From Octopus sinensis (taxonomy: Eukaryota): DNA of 64,000 nucleotides. The translations under genes were made by a program, and so were the position numbers. The stretch lies in assembly GCF_006345805.1 (NCBI RefSeq), contig NC_043011.1, positions 45,458,464 to 45,522,463 on the forward strand, given 5' to 3'. The notes beneath the pieces were generated by a model. The model was given only the letters and a program-made list of their open reading frames with translations. It was not told the origin of the DNA and ran no database searches. Of this stretch, positions 1 through 12,664 are shown piece after piece (position 1 is the stretch's first letter; each line of letters starts with the position of its first letter).

Positions 1-251
1 TGTCAAGCGATGGCGGTGTGACAAACACGGACACACAAACAAACACACACACACGCACACACACATACACACACACATATTTATACGACGGGCTTCTTTC
101 AGTTTCCGTCTACCAAATCCACTCACAAGGCTTTGGCCGGCCTGAGGCTATAGTAGAAGACACTCGCCCAAGGTGCCATGCAGTGGGACTGAACCCAGAA
201 CCATGTGGTTGGTTAGCAAGCTCCTTACCACACAGCCACTCCTGCACCTAT
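1..251 (-). mobile_element. tRNA-derived SINE family A (probably an octopus OK/OR-type SINE), cut by the window start
   Basis: The minus strand begins ATAGGTGCAGGAGTGGCTGTGTGGTAAG...GGTTCAGTCCC (A/B-box-like) and has an internal microsatellite. It matches about 20 other copies in the window. Confidence 0.85.
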
Positions 252-576
252 ATATATATATTTTTTTTTTTTTTGAAAATTTAGAAATAAAAACCTATGA
301 ACTTTAAAAAATTGATTTTATAAGACATTTCTTTTTGGCAGGCGGATGGTAGAATTTCAGCCAATCAGATGCAGTCATTTTCGACAAATCCTACTCATTC
401 CCACCAATGTAGATATCGATTTACGGGTTTCGTTAATGTCATTGTGTCTGGGAAAGGAATAACTATATAAGGTGATGTAAAGGTGGTTGGCGGTGTTATC
501 ACTACCGACTCCCCTTTTTTTTTTTACTTCAGTAGACTAGCTTACAGAAGCAACAAGAACAATAGTTACTACTATA

Positions 577-864
577 CAGTGTAGCCTCAGTTTACGAATT
601 TAACTAGTTCTGAACGCTGTTCGTTACCCGAAATGTTCGTAAACCGAAACTATTTTCCTCCTTAAGTAATTCGAGAGAAAGCACAGCGAATTCGAACAGG
701 AATGTGCACTGAGTGACAGGTAAACACTAACTGACGCTCTCCTACTCATACTCTTAGCTTGCTGCCAATCGTTGTGGCTGGTTTGCGCGTTCGTTACTTG
801 AGACACCGTTCGTCACCCGAGACGTTATATGTTAAAAATTTGTTCGTAAACCGAGATTTCACTG
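577..864. mobile_element. pogo/Tigger-type MITE
   Basis: Imperfect TIRs CAGTGTAGCCTCAGTTTACGAA / TTCGTAAACCGAGATTTCACTG, flanked by TA at 575-576 and 865-866. No coding capacity. Confidence 0.75.
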
Positions 865-947
865 TAGTAACAACGGCAACAGTAGTAACAAAAATAATCA
901 CCACCACCAACAACAAAAATTATAACAACCATTTCACACTTAGTAAC

Positions 948-1275
948 GAAGGCACGTGGCTTAGTGGGTAAGGTATTCGGTTCACGGTCGTAAATGCGTG
1001 AGTTCAATACTCAGCGGTACCTTGAGTCTCTTGCGCAAGACACTTTATTTCGCCTTGATCTAATCTACTCCGCTGGTTAAATGAGTTGCACCTGTAATTC
1101 AAAGGATCGATCTCGACATATTATGTGTCACGCTGAATATTTCGCTGGGAGCTACGTTAAGGGTACACGTGTCTGCGGAATACTCAGCCACTTGTATCTT
1201 AATTTCACAAGCTCGCTGTTCGGTTGATCGAATCAACTGGAACACTCGTCGTCGTCGTAACCGACGGAGAACCAG
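948..1275 (+). mobile_element. tRNA-derived SINE family D
   Basis: Head GGCACGTGGCTTAGTGG...GAGTTCAATAC. The body and tail match 17400-17690 (-), and the head matches 14985-15220 (-) and 60400-60630 (-). Confidence 0.7.
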
Positions 1276-1574
1276 GCTACTTAATAACAAACATAATAGC
1301 AACAACAATAACAACAACAATGACAACGAAATAAATGTAAAAAAGAAGAGGAAGAGAGAGAGAGAGAGGAAAGGAGGAAATCTAGTGGGGAGGGGCAAGA
1401 TGAAGATAAAAGAAGTGAGAGAGAGAGGGGGGGATATTGCGTGATATCGAAGGACCGGAAATGGTGAATTGTTGAGGATTAACGGGAAATGTTTATCAGA
1501 ACTACTTAACCGAGTAAATCTTGTTGAAGACGATGTCTTGAGTGTGATAAGGTGAGTGTTAAAGATAAAAACAC

Positions 1575-2020
1575 TTGACCTCACACCAGAACTTCCCTCC
1601 AGCTTCTCCCGTTTCCTTAACAGAGCTACCATTCTTTCTTTCCTCCTTCCTTTCTTCCTTTCTTCCTTTCTTTCTTTCTTTTTCTTTCTTTCTTTCTTTC
1701 TTTCTTTCTTTTTTCTCTTTCTTTCTTTTTCTTTCTCCCTTTCTTTCTTTCTTTCTTTTTCTTTCTTCTTCCCTTTTTTCTCTTTCTCTCTTTATTTCTT
1801 TCTTTCTTCCTTTCTTTATTTTTCTTCCTCCCTTTTTCTCTTTCTCTCTTTCTTTCTTTCCTTTTCTCTTCTTTCTTTCTTTCTTTTTCCCCTCCCCTTT
1901 TCTCTTTCTCTCTTTCTTCTTTCTTTCTTCATTTCTTCTTCTCTTTCTTTCTCTCTCTCTTTCCTTCTTTCTTCCTTCCTTCCTTTTTTCTCTCTCTTTC
2001 TTTCTTTCTTTTTTTACTTC
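1575..2020. repeat. CT-rich (CTTT)n low-complexity tract
   Basis: Read directly. It explains the F/L/S- and K/R/E-rich ORFs here. Confidence 0.95.
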
Positions 2021-2752
2021 ATTTATATTCCCACTGGCTCGGAATACGTAACCGCAACCCGATTCAATAAGACAGCTTCTACGAGACTGCTCAACCTGCT
2101 GGAAAATAGTAACTAAATCTCTCTCGAATCGCACCCTGCCGACTCAGAAAAGCAGACATAATGTGAATAATGTAATCAAAGGTTCATTACTGATAGGAAA
2201 AAAAAGTCGGTAGAGTTACGGCTGGAACACCCTTGGACAATGGACCAGCATACGACGAAACCCTATTTGACGGCATAAACACACACACAGGCATATTAGA
2301 TGAACCTTAATTTCAGCAACGCATCCTAAGGAGAATGGCTTTTAATGCATTAAAGCTTATAGGAGGCCCTACTTCGCATATAGGACCCAGAGTGGCTTTT
2401 TTGAGACATATTTTTTGAGAAAAGACGCATTTTATATGACATCGAATACGATAGCTGCCACTAGGAAACAAATGGGAGCGTTCCTTGCTGTAAAATGAAG
2501 GTTTCCTATGATTATAGGGATGTCAAAAATTTTAGGGCTCGGAAATGTTCGATGGCTTTTAGGAAATCTTTTGTGCCAATATTTGTTAAAATGTTGCTTG
2601 TTTAGATATTGCCAATGATGGAGATAGCGGCAGGGCAGATGTGACGATGTTTATATGTGTTAAGATATGATACAACATACAGGCGGGACCAAGGGGGTAA
2701 AATGTGAGATTATGTGAGAATAGCTTTATATATAAGACATGCTAAATATAGG

Positions 2753-2968
2753 TAAAGTATAATAGCCATCTCAATATGGCTAACCACAAAGGGGGGGCGT
2801 GTTACTGTAGCTTTTTAGCCCCAGGAGATCATCGTCTCCAGCTGGCTTTAGGCACACTATCTGTGCCCTTGTGGTAACACCCCCCTTTGTGGTTAGCCAT
2901 ATTGAGATGGCTATTATACTTTACATTGTCGAGCGATTACTGTTTACATCTCGTTCTGAGATTTAATA
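2753..2968. mobile_element. Fold-back element flanked by a 14-bp direct repeat
   Basis: 45-bp perfect inverted arms start at 2752 and end at 2924. ATGCTAAATATAGG occurs at both 2739-2752 and 2969-2982. Confidence 0.6.
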
Positions 2969-3309
2969 ATGCTAAATATAGGGTCCATGAGCAAATAGGC
3001 CCCACATGTATATATGTGGAGTTGATCCCTGCTTGTGAGCCACGGCCATAATTTATAGAAGAAATAAGATGCAAAGTCGTATTCATAAAGAAAAGTTCTA
3101 ACTAACCATGACACTTGTTTCAAACTTTTGCATTACTTCATTGCTGTTCAGCAACTGCCTAAGTACTTTTCTCATACAGTTTCCGCCCTATTCCGCTTAA
3201 ATACTTTCATATGTTGTACATTTACACGGTGCTAAACATTGCCACTCTACGTCAGTTCTTGGCGAATTTAAATATCTTCAAATCTAGTCTTAATATTTAC
3301 GCTCAAATG

Positions 3310-3620
3310 CATTTCGTCTGTCCTCATGTTCTGAGTTCAAATTCTGCCGAGATCGATTTTTGCCTTTCATCCTTCAGGGGTTGATAAAATAAGTGCCAGT
3401 TGAGCACTGGCGTCTATGAGATCGACTTACTTCATCTCCTGAAATTGCTGGCCTTGTGCCAACATTTGGAACCTTTAAATTCTGTTGAAGTCGAATTTCC
3501 CGTTCATCCTTTCGAAGTCGATAAAATAAGTACCAGTTGAACACTAGGGTCGATGTAATCGACGAGTCCTTGCACCTGAAATTGCAGGCCTTGTGCCAAA
3601 GCATGAAATCAATATTTACG
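3310..3620 (+). mobile_element. SINE family B, two partial tandem units
   Basis: Contains TTCTGAGTTCAAATT (B-box-like) and CTTTCATCCTT...AAGTACCAGTT, shared with more than 10 copies. Confidence 0.75.
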
Positions 3621-3719
3621 TTCGAATAAATCGTTATGCTTTGAAATTTGGGTTTGTAAGCCCCTCAAACTGAAATTTTCAAAACTATCTCCATGCTTTT
3701 CTATAGTGTTTTATAGTCA

Positions 3720-4370
<651 letters not shown>

Positions 4371-4834
4371 CTATTTGTCTATCCAAAGAAGGAATTGACA
4401 TCCGGCGCCAAAACAATGCTTCAGTATATTCCCATATTACCATGGAAAACCGACTTAAAACGGATGAACTAATATATCTACTTATATATATTAGCGTACA
4501 TGTGTGTGCGTGTATGTGCGTACGTGTGTGTCTGTGTGTGCGTATACTACACACATGAGTGAGTGGGTAAACGAAAGTAAGTGGTACTTAATGGAGGTGT
4601 GTCAAACTTTTATAAAATGGTGTGTATATATATATATATAATATATTATATATATATATATATATATACATGTGTGTGTTTGTGTGTGTATTTCTTGAAT
4701 TTTATTTTAGTTCTTAATAAAGTTCAAAGCGACAAGACTCTTTCAGTTAACTCAATAAGTTCCACCGTGTTTGTAAATACTGTGTTGAGTTTGGTGTGCA
4801 TGTATAAGAGGTGGTATCGAAAAGTTCCCGGACT

Positions 4835-5029
4835 CTCTTTTACTCTTTTACTTGTTTTAGTCATTTGACTGCAGCCATGCTGGAGCACCGCCCTTAGTTG
4901 AGCAAATCGACCCCAGGACTTATTCTTTGGAAGCCTAGTACTTATTCTATCGGTCGTCTCTTTTGCCGAACCGCTAATGTTACAGGGACGTAAACACACC
5001 AGCATCGGTTGTCGAGCGATGCTGGGGGA

Positions 5030-5073
<44 letters not shown>

Positions 5074-5271
5074 CATATACATATATACGACGGGCTTCTT
5101 TCAGTTTCCGTCTACCAAATCCACTCACAAGGCATTGGTCGGCCCGAGGCTATAGTAGAAGACACTTGCCCAAGGTGCCATGCAGTGGGACTGAACCCGG
5201 AACCATGTGGCTGGTAAGCAAGCTACTTACCACACAGCCACTCCTGCGCCTATTATGTTTAAAGAATAACT
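4835..5271 (-). mobile_element. SINE family A, full length, inserted in the mariner
   Basis: Complete head, internal (CA)/(TA) microsatellite and tail GGCGGTGCTCCAGCATGG...AAACAAGTAAAAGAG. Confidence 0.9.
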
Positions 5272-5952
5272 TATTCAACTTTGTTTTAACATCATTTTCT
5301 TCGAAATAGTCACCTTGTGCAGCAATACACCAGTCCCAGCGTTCCTGTCCCTTTTGGAATTCGAGCTGGAAGTCGTTTTCCGTACTCGAGTCGAGGACCT
5401 TCTGCGACTTGCTCTGGATCTTGATAGCGGTGTTAAAACGGCGACCTCTGAGCTGCATTTTCACTTCGGAGGGAGACATAGAAGTCCGTAGGTGCTAAAT
5501 ATGGCGAATGGGGCGGATGCGGAAGTGACGCCATGTTGTTTTTTGGTGAGAAATTCACGAGTGGTGAGAGCTCGGTGACAGGGTTCATTGCCGTCGTGAT
5601 GAAGCCAGTTCTTCGTGCTTCACAGATCCGGTCACTTTCGCTGAATGTCCTTCCCCAAACGCTTCAAAACGTCTCCCTTAACGGTCTGGCCCTGGGGAAG
5701 GAAATCTCAACGCACAATACCGCGGATACCAATAAATAAGTAAATAAAAACTATAAGCAAGCTATAGGCGTAGGAGTGACTGTGTGGTAAGTAGCTTGCT
5801 TACCAACCACATGGTTCTGGGGTCAGTCCCACTGCGTGGCACCTTGGGCAAGTGTCTTTTACTATAGCTCCAGGCCGACCAAAGCCTTGTGAGTGGATTT
5901 GGTAGACGGAAACTGGAAGAAGCTCGTCGTATATATGTATATATATATATAT

Positions 5953-6800
5953 ACTACAAAATTAGAGAATGGAGAAACATACTTAAATCAATAAAACATC
6001 AACTATCCGATGATACCCAAACAATACTTTAATACACCATTACATATGAGTAAAGGCATTATACAAAATATACAGTAATAGTAAAAAGACAAAGAGATAT
6101 AAGTAAAAAATTTCCAAATATAATATGTAATTAAATCAAAACTGACAGCTGTTTCGGCAGTGAGGGCAGTCATACCTCATTTAACCTATAAGCCATAAAG
6201 GAGGTATAAATGAGGCATTAACAAGGATGCCCCACGGCCTCTTCAGAGAATTAAATTAAATTTGTTATAATTGTGAAAAATATTATATAACCATTATACA
6301 TATAATATAAAAAATATAAAAAAGTAAAATATAAAAACTTATACATCATAATGCTACACTTATATAAATAATACTATTGGTACAATAAAGGAAGGTAAAC
6401 AGAACAAAATAAAACAAAATATATATCAGTGTATATATTAATAGTAATAAGCACCGATATTATACATATTTGGCTAATAGTTTTTTTAAAAAAACTAACA
6501 TAGGGAGATGAAAAATAATAATTAAAACCATGGTTCAGTTCATAAAATTCTAAAGTATAAAGTTAATAAAAATTACTATAATATTAATAATAATAATAAT
6601 AGATACAGTTATGTTTGCACCAAGTCCATCCTTTCAAGATCGAAATACCTTTACCCATATAATACAATAGATGAACTGATTGTTTGACAATTTTTAACAT
6701 CTATGTATTAGTCTTGTTTGGGACTATCTGGCAGTATATTGGAATATATTATCCCATGGTGGGTTGAATTTTCAACCCCTATCTCATTTTATAATATATT
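5953..6800 (-). mobile_element. Penelope-like element 3' fragment (degenerate ORF end, AT-rich UTR, HHR-bearing pLTR)
   Basis: HHR motif at 6138-6252 and (TA)n flanks. The decayed coding-like segment at 6610-6800 ending in ...WCKH is only a weak similarity. Confidence 0.5.
6138..6252 (-). ncRNA. Type I hammerhead ribozyme-like motif with extended stem II
   Basis: Minus strand reads CTGAAGA-GGC[~80-nt paired insert]GCC-GAAA-CAGCTG-TC. The core is canonical, with a G10.1-C11.1 pair, palindromic stem III and GUC site. Stem I is weak. Confidence 0.65.
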
Positions 6801-7413
6801 ATATATATATATATATCTATATATATATATATGTTGTGTGTGTGTGTGTTTGTCCCCTAACATTGTTGGCAACCGATGCTGTGTGGTTACGTCTCCGTAA
6901 CTTAGCGGTTCGGCTAAAGAGACCGATAGAATAAGTACTAGGCTTACAAAGAATAAGTCCTGGGGTCGATTTGCTCGACTAAAGGCGGTGCTCCAGCATG
7001 ACCGCAGTCAAATGACTGAAACAAGTAAAAGAAAAAAAGAAAAAAGCTCTTGATTGAGCTTTTGAAGCGCCCACACCACTCAAAACATTGTGTACGACCC
7101 ATTGCCTCGTCATTGAAAGCTTGCCAAAGCATGCTCAATGTCTCTGTAGAAGACTTCTCAAGTTCAATGCAAAATTTCACATTGGGTCTTTATTCCTGTC
7201 CATGACAAAATTGCAGATTACAGCATACATGTGATCAGAAAAATACAAATTTCACAACTTGCGAATTAAACACAACGATATCACCCTATACACTGCCGCA
7301 TGAAGGGCATTGTTAGCTCTCACTGCACAGACAACCGTGTGCTGCCATCCGTTGGCGTGCTGCAGAACTAGTCCGGCTAATTTTTGATACCCCCTCGTAT
7401 GTAGGTGTATGCA

Positions 7414-7513
7414 NNNNNNNNNNNNNNNNNNNNNNNNNNNNNNNNNNNNNNNNNNNNNNNNNNNNNNNNNNNNNNNNNNNNNNNNNNNNNNNNNNNNNNN
7501 NNNNNNNNNNNNN
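7414..7513. other. Assembly gap (100 N)
   Basis: Read directly. Confidence 1.
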
Positions 7514-7725
7514 AAGCGGTTCTCACTCTTTAAGGAAACTTTTCCCCCTCTCTGTCATCTTATAATAGTCACACACATACACACACACACGCTCTCTCTC
7601 TCTTTCGCTCTCTCTCGTTCTCACTCTTTCTTCCTCTCTCTCTCGTACTTCGTAAGCAACAACAGCTGTGGTCGCCAGTCAAATAACCACAAATTGTCTG
7701 TAAATATTAGGTTAAAACCCCCTTT

Positions 7726-7796
7726 TGTTGCCTGGAAGAATCGAACCCGCATCTCCTGTAGGTGTGACAGATGTTCTACCGTTGGACCAAAGCAAC
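7726..7796 (-). pseudogene. tRNA-like pseudogene or isolated SINE head (Gly-like architecture)
   Basis: GTTGCTT/AGGCAAC acceptor stem, GGTAGAA D-loop, TCTGT/ACAGG anticodon stem and GGTTCGATTC T-loop. It lacks U33 and has mismatched D and T stems. Confidence 0.5.
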
Positions 7797-8639
7797 CCCT
7801 CGAATTTCTCAATCCGCCTGAGAAGCTTTATTCTTATCAGTGAATATCGTATGTTGTTGAGGTCATAAGAATCTAGAAACTTCGAAAGGCGTGAAATAAT
7901 GCTCTTGGGGAGAAACAGTAGATCTTGAAGCAGATAAGGCTATAAATAATAGCGTGTAAAATATTGGACAGAATTAGTTGAATGCTGTCAGTGGGATTCT
8001 TACGAATTGAAAATATATTGCATATAAAAAATAATTTTTTCTTATCGTTTTAAAATAATCGTTCGTTTAAAGATTGATCAAGTTTAAATTTCGAGGTATT
8101 TCTACAGACATATACTTTCTTATAGTACTCCAACATCTACCACCTCAAGACAACGTAAAAATTAATTGAAAATATATTTCTTTAAAAAAAAAATTGATCT
8201 GATCCTAAAAACATATTAGTCGATATTAAATTAATCGATGTTTTTCTACGAATATTTTTCGACTAATATCTCTTTCGGTGATTTTGATGCTGACTTATGC
8301 ATTTTAAATCAACTTGTCTTTCAACTTGTTTGTCTTTCGACCTGTTTGTCTTTCGACCTGTTTGTCTTTCGACCAATTTGACTTCTTACCACCCACCCAA
8401 GTCACTGAGTGAACAAACGGAAGAGAGTAGCGTTGAAGGCATTCGATTGGAGTTACGGGTTTTTAAAAAAACAAGTTTGACGTAGCTACGCATTATTTAA
8501 CGTTTCGAAGCCGTCGGAGACTTTGACCCCGATGAGATGCATGTGTCATACGTAACTTTAAGTAATACATAGCTGAGTCAAGCTTTTAATAAATGTATAT
8601 ATACATACACACAAATACACGCGCGCGCACGTGTATGCA

Positions 8640-8675
<36 letters not shown>

Positions 8676-8779
8676 TATATGTATGAATATATGTATATAT
8701 GTGTGTGTGTATACATATACATATGTTCATATATATATATATATGTATGTGTGTATGTATGTATGTATGTATGTAGGTG

Positions 8780-8985
8780 CAAAATTGTACAAAAAGAAAA
8801 CAGAAAAAGGTAAGACAAAAATAAACAAGGTATATTTAGTTTGACGCTTAGGGTAAACAGAAGAGCCTTTGACGTTTCGAGCCTACGCTCTTTTACAGAG
8901 AGGAAAGACGAAAGAGAACATGAAGAGAGAGAGAGGGGGGGAGAGGAAAAACGGAAGAAGAATAAACGTGTCCGGATTAACAGTT
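8780..8985 (-). mobile_element. Short PLE-derived element with HHR-like motif (CTGT-core family)
   Basis: 8866-8903 (-) reads CTGTAAAA-GAGC-gtag-GCTC-GAAA-CG-TC-AAAGG. It is homologous to 12665-12850, 18660-18820 and 42386-42600. Confidence 0.55.
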
Positions 8986-9153
8986 TCACAGACACACACA
9001 CCCCACACACACCACACACACACCACCGCACCACACACAAATGTATATGTTATATACACACATGTATGTATGTGTATTTTTTACACACACTTATATATAT
9101 ATATAAATACATGCATACGTACATACATACATACATACAAATATAATATATAT

Positions 9154-9226
<73 letters not shown>

Positions 9227-9873
9227 TGATTGATAGATACCTATATACATACCTACAGAGAGAGAGAGAGAGACAGGGAGACTGATAGACAGACAGATGT
9301 ACACTGACGATGTTCATTTCTGTCGCCACGTGACTTATGCTCACTTGTCGTCTGCCAACCTCTTGTAACATCCCGCGCTTTAACTAAATCTGTTATAATG
9401 CGCTGACTTCAAATCTTCCACATTTGATTATGAAATATTAATGGAACCTACTCATGTTTCTCCAGTTGCTCATCTCTCTTTCCTCGGTATTTACTCATAT
9501 ATCCCTTTATTTTTCCCTTTTCTTTTCTTTCACTTCAATTATTCTGTTATCACTCTTTCTACGTTTCTTTCTCTCAATTTCGTTTCGTCTATCTAATACC
9601 CCACACCTCTCTCCTTTTCTATTTCTCTTTGCCTCTCTCTCTATCTTCCACTCTCTCTGTCTCTGTCTCTCTCTCTCTCTCTATATCTTCCCCTCATTCG
9701 CCTTATATTTCGCTTCTTCTCCCTCTATTTCTTACTTCTCTACCATAACCACACGATCTCTCCGTAATATTATACCACATTTACATAATTCTCATTTTAT
9801 TTGTTTGTCTGTCTTTGTCTGTCCTTTCGTCTGTCTGTCTATCCATCCATCCGTTTCCTATCTATCTACACAC

Positions 9874-9927
<54 letters not shown>

Positions 9928-10219
9928 ACAACACACAAACATACACACACACACGCACATACACACATCCAGCTCGGTATATCTGGTTGTATGCCTACCT
10001 ATCGCACATATCTTTATAACTTCTTCTATATCTAATGAATGTCTTTTAGTCGGGCAGAATGGCAATAACCATGACCCCTACAGGGACTCAAGAGTTGTGT
10101 GGTAAAGGGAGGTATGAAGGGAAGTAATCTCGAAACAGAGACCTGGTCGAAAAGCTTACGACAGTGTGGACTACACTAAAAGTACACGAGGCGTCAAGTG
10201 GTTGCGTTAACCTCCAGAC

Positions 10220-11132
10220 CAGTGGCTCTCAACCGGAGTCCATATGGCCCTTGGGGTACGCATAAGATCTTGTTAAAATTTATGTACAATAAATTGGTTA
10301 CACCTGTACAATTCACAAAATATTTCAACAATCTTTGTTATGCATTTACTCTTTTACTCTTTTACTTGTTTCAGTCATTTGACTGTGGCCATGCTGGATC
10401 ACCGCCTTTAGTCGAGCAAATCGACCCCAGGACTTATATTCTTTCTAAGCTTAGTACTTATTCTATCGGTCTCTTTTGCCGAACCGCTAAGTTACGGGGA
10501 CGTAAACACACCAGCATCGGTTGCCAAGCGATGTTGGGGGGACAAACACAGGTACACAAACATATACGCACACATACTCACACACACACACAACACACAC
10601 ACACACACCATACATATATATATATACGTATATGCGACGGGATTCTTCCAGTTTCCGTCTACCAAATCCACTCACAAGGCTTTGGTCGGCCCGAGGCTAC
10701 AGTAGAAGACACTTGCCCAAGGTGCCATGCAGTGGGACTGAACCCGGGATCATGTGGTAGGTAAGCAAGCTACTTACCACACAGTCACTCCTACGCCTAA
10801 TAATATTTTTTTAAAAATCTGAGTCGTTAGGGCAAAATGCTTCGCGATATTTCATCCCTCCTTACATTCTGAATTCAAATTGCGCCGAGGATGACTTTGT
10901 TTTTCATCCCGTAGGAGTCCATAAAATAAGTATTTGATGAGAACTTGGGTCGATGTAATCGACTTAATCTTCTCTTCACGAACTTGCTGGTATCGTGACA
11001 AAATTTGAAAGTAATATGTGTTCATAAATATATAATGGGACTTTTTTAAATATCGAATGTGTAGAGGGTCCAGTAGAGTAAAATAGCAATGAAAGGGGTC
11101 CTTAGGAAGAAAAAACTGGTTGAGAACCACTG
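10220..11132. mobile_element. hAT (Charlie-type) non-autonomous element containing nested SINE A and SINE B
   Basis: TIRs CAGTGGCTCTCAACC / GGTTGAGAACCACTG and an 8-bp TSD CTCCAGAC / CTCTAGAC (one mismatch). Related fragments lie at 14862-15420, 15849-15900, 54860-54980 and 57100-57230. Confidence 0.8.
10346..10799 (-). mobile_element. SINE family A, full length
   Basis: Complete head-microsatellite-tail structure. Confidence 0.9.
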
Positions 11133-11332
11133 CTCTAGACATTGTCTGAAAGGGGTACAATCCATTTAGCCATCATTATTTTACTATATGCTTGGAGTCA
11201 AGGGCGGGGAGATGTGAAATAGCGGGTCGAATGTGGAGTGAGGTTAAGTAGTGCTAAGTGAGAAGTGGGATGGTTAAGGGGAGGTTCGCTAATAACCTGT
11301 AAAATAGGGATTAGCGATATTTAAAGGATAAA

Positions 11333-11865
11333 TAGAGTTTAGCGATATTTTGAGAATACGAATTGGCCTTTATGCAAACAAAAGTATTTTTCTCGTCTCG
11401 TGTAGATGTGATTTGGCCATTAAGATAAAGAATTTCTTATTTACACAAAGATTACAACGATTATTGTTATGTTATATAAGGAAGTTTTGGCTGGGATACG
11501 CCATTCTAAACTATAGTTAATATTATTGTCTTTCAATTCCCAGAGTTCGCTTTCCTTGTGTTTCTGAGTCTAGAGCGCTGGGAGTTATACCTAAGTATCA
11601 TTTCATTTTTAGTTGCTCCAATATAAGATTTCTGGTAATTATTTGCGAGTACATCGCATTGGTAGATTACGTTTTTAGTTTTACATATATTCTAGAATTC
11701 ACAATTGTTTTTATCTCTGCAGCCACACAGATTATTAAGCTTGTCTATGCCTATGTTATGTTGAGCGGGGTTATAATTTATAAGGTAGTTGTCCGCGTTA
11801 TTTGAGGGCGAGTTATTTGTTTGCATAAAGGCCAATTCATATTCTCAAAATATCGCTAAACCCTA
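11333..11865. mobile_element. Non-autonomous DNA transposon (MITE) with ~50-bp TIRs, superfamily unassigned
   Basis: TAGAGTTTAGCGATATTTTGAGAATACGAATTGGCCTTTATGCAAACAAA against its reverse complement at 11816-11865 (2 mismatches). No TSD found. Confidence 0.7.
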
Positions 11866-12342
11866 TCTATAGCTAGACTACCGACTCATTTCACATGCTA
11901 TAATTTCCCTATCGATCTTAATGTTTTTCTATGTACTCTTCAACCCTTTCTATTATTCCTTGACTCAGCCCATTGTACACGCTTTATCGTTCAAACTTTA
12001 AATAACAACCTTAGTCCTATATTACGGCTTCCATTGAAATTACAGGAACTAAATTAGAAGCTACAAATTAGCGTTAATTATGTTCAGTAACAACGCCGGA
12101 TATCCCCACTAGATATAACTCCTTCGGCATACACCGCCGGTCAACTAGCCACTGTCCTCATTACCAACATTAGCACCGAATGTAGGAACGTGGAAATATA
12201 AAAGTCACTAAATCTAAGACTATGGATTTAACGAACTCTCTTCTCTTTTATCCTCCTACTGACACGTGGAATTATGTAAGTCACTAAAATGTAAGATTAT
12301 ACTTTAACGAACACGTTTCCTTTTTTATCTTTGCCATATAAT

Positions 12343-12420
12343 CGTTCTGAAGATGTTTATAAATGTAACGGGGTAAATGCAAATTTACTCCATTTTGATG
12401 AATAGAAACAGCTGTAAGCA
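12343..12420 (+). ncRNA. Hammerhead-like motif with extended stem II (degenerate)
   Basis: CTGAAGA (12347-12353), a 51-nt hairpin, GAAA (12405-12408), CAGCTG and a GUA site. Confidence 0.5.
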
Positions 12421-12664
12421 TACTCCTAATTTGATTAAATAATGACTTTAAAATGATCAACTTCTCATTGTTAATTATTGGTCCATTTCTTATCGTCTCT
12501 CTATATATTAAACTATGGTTTTACCTTTAAATTACCTACTACCGTATACCTTATAACGAGGACCATACATACTGAGGTAAAACACCAGGCATGCCCACGG
12601 ATGGGTTGCATTACCTCTAACTTATATCTTACACAATATATATATATATATAGATAGATAGATG

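Larger units (their letters stand above)
5764..7047 (+). mobile_element. SINE family A, split by a PLE fragment inserted in its internal (TA)n
   Basis: The head half (5764-5950) and tail half (6830-7047) are collinear with intact copies. Confidence 0.8.
4807..7397 (-). mobile_element. Decayed mariner transposon, internally deleted and split by nested insertions
   Basis: TIRs AGAGGTGGTATCGAAAAGTTCCCGGACT (4807) and the reverse complement CGAGGGGGTATCAAAAATTAGCCGGACT (ending 7397), with flanking TA. The N-terminal remnant KFCIELEKSSTETLSMLWQAFNDEAMGRTQCFEW is at 7060-7180. The C-terminal remnant (HHDGNEPCH...KMQLRGRRF...QERWDWCIAAQGDYFE) is at 5270-5750. Confidence 0.8.
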
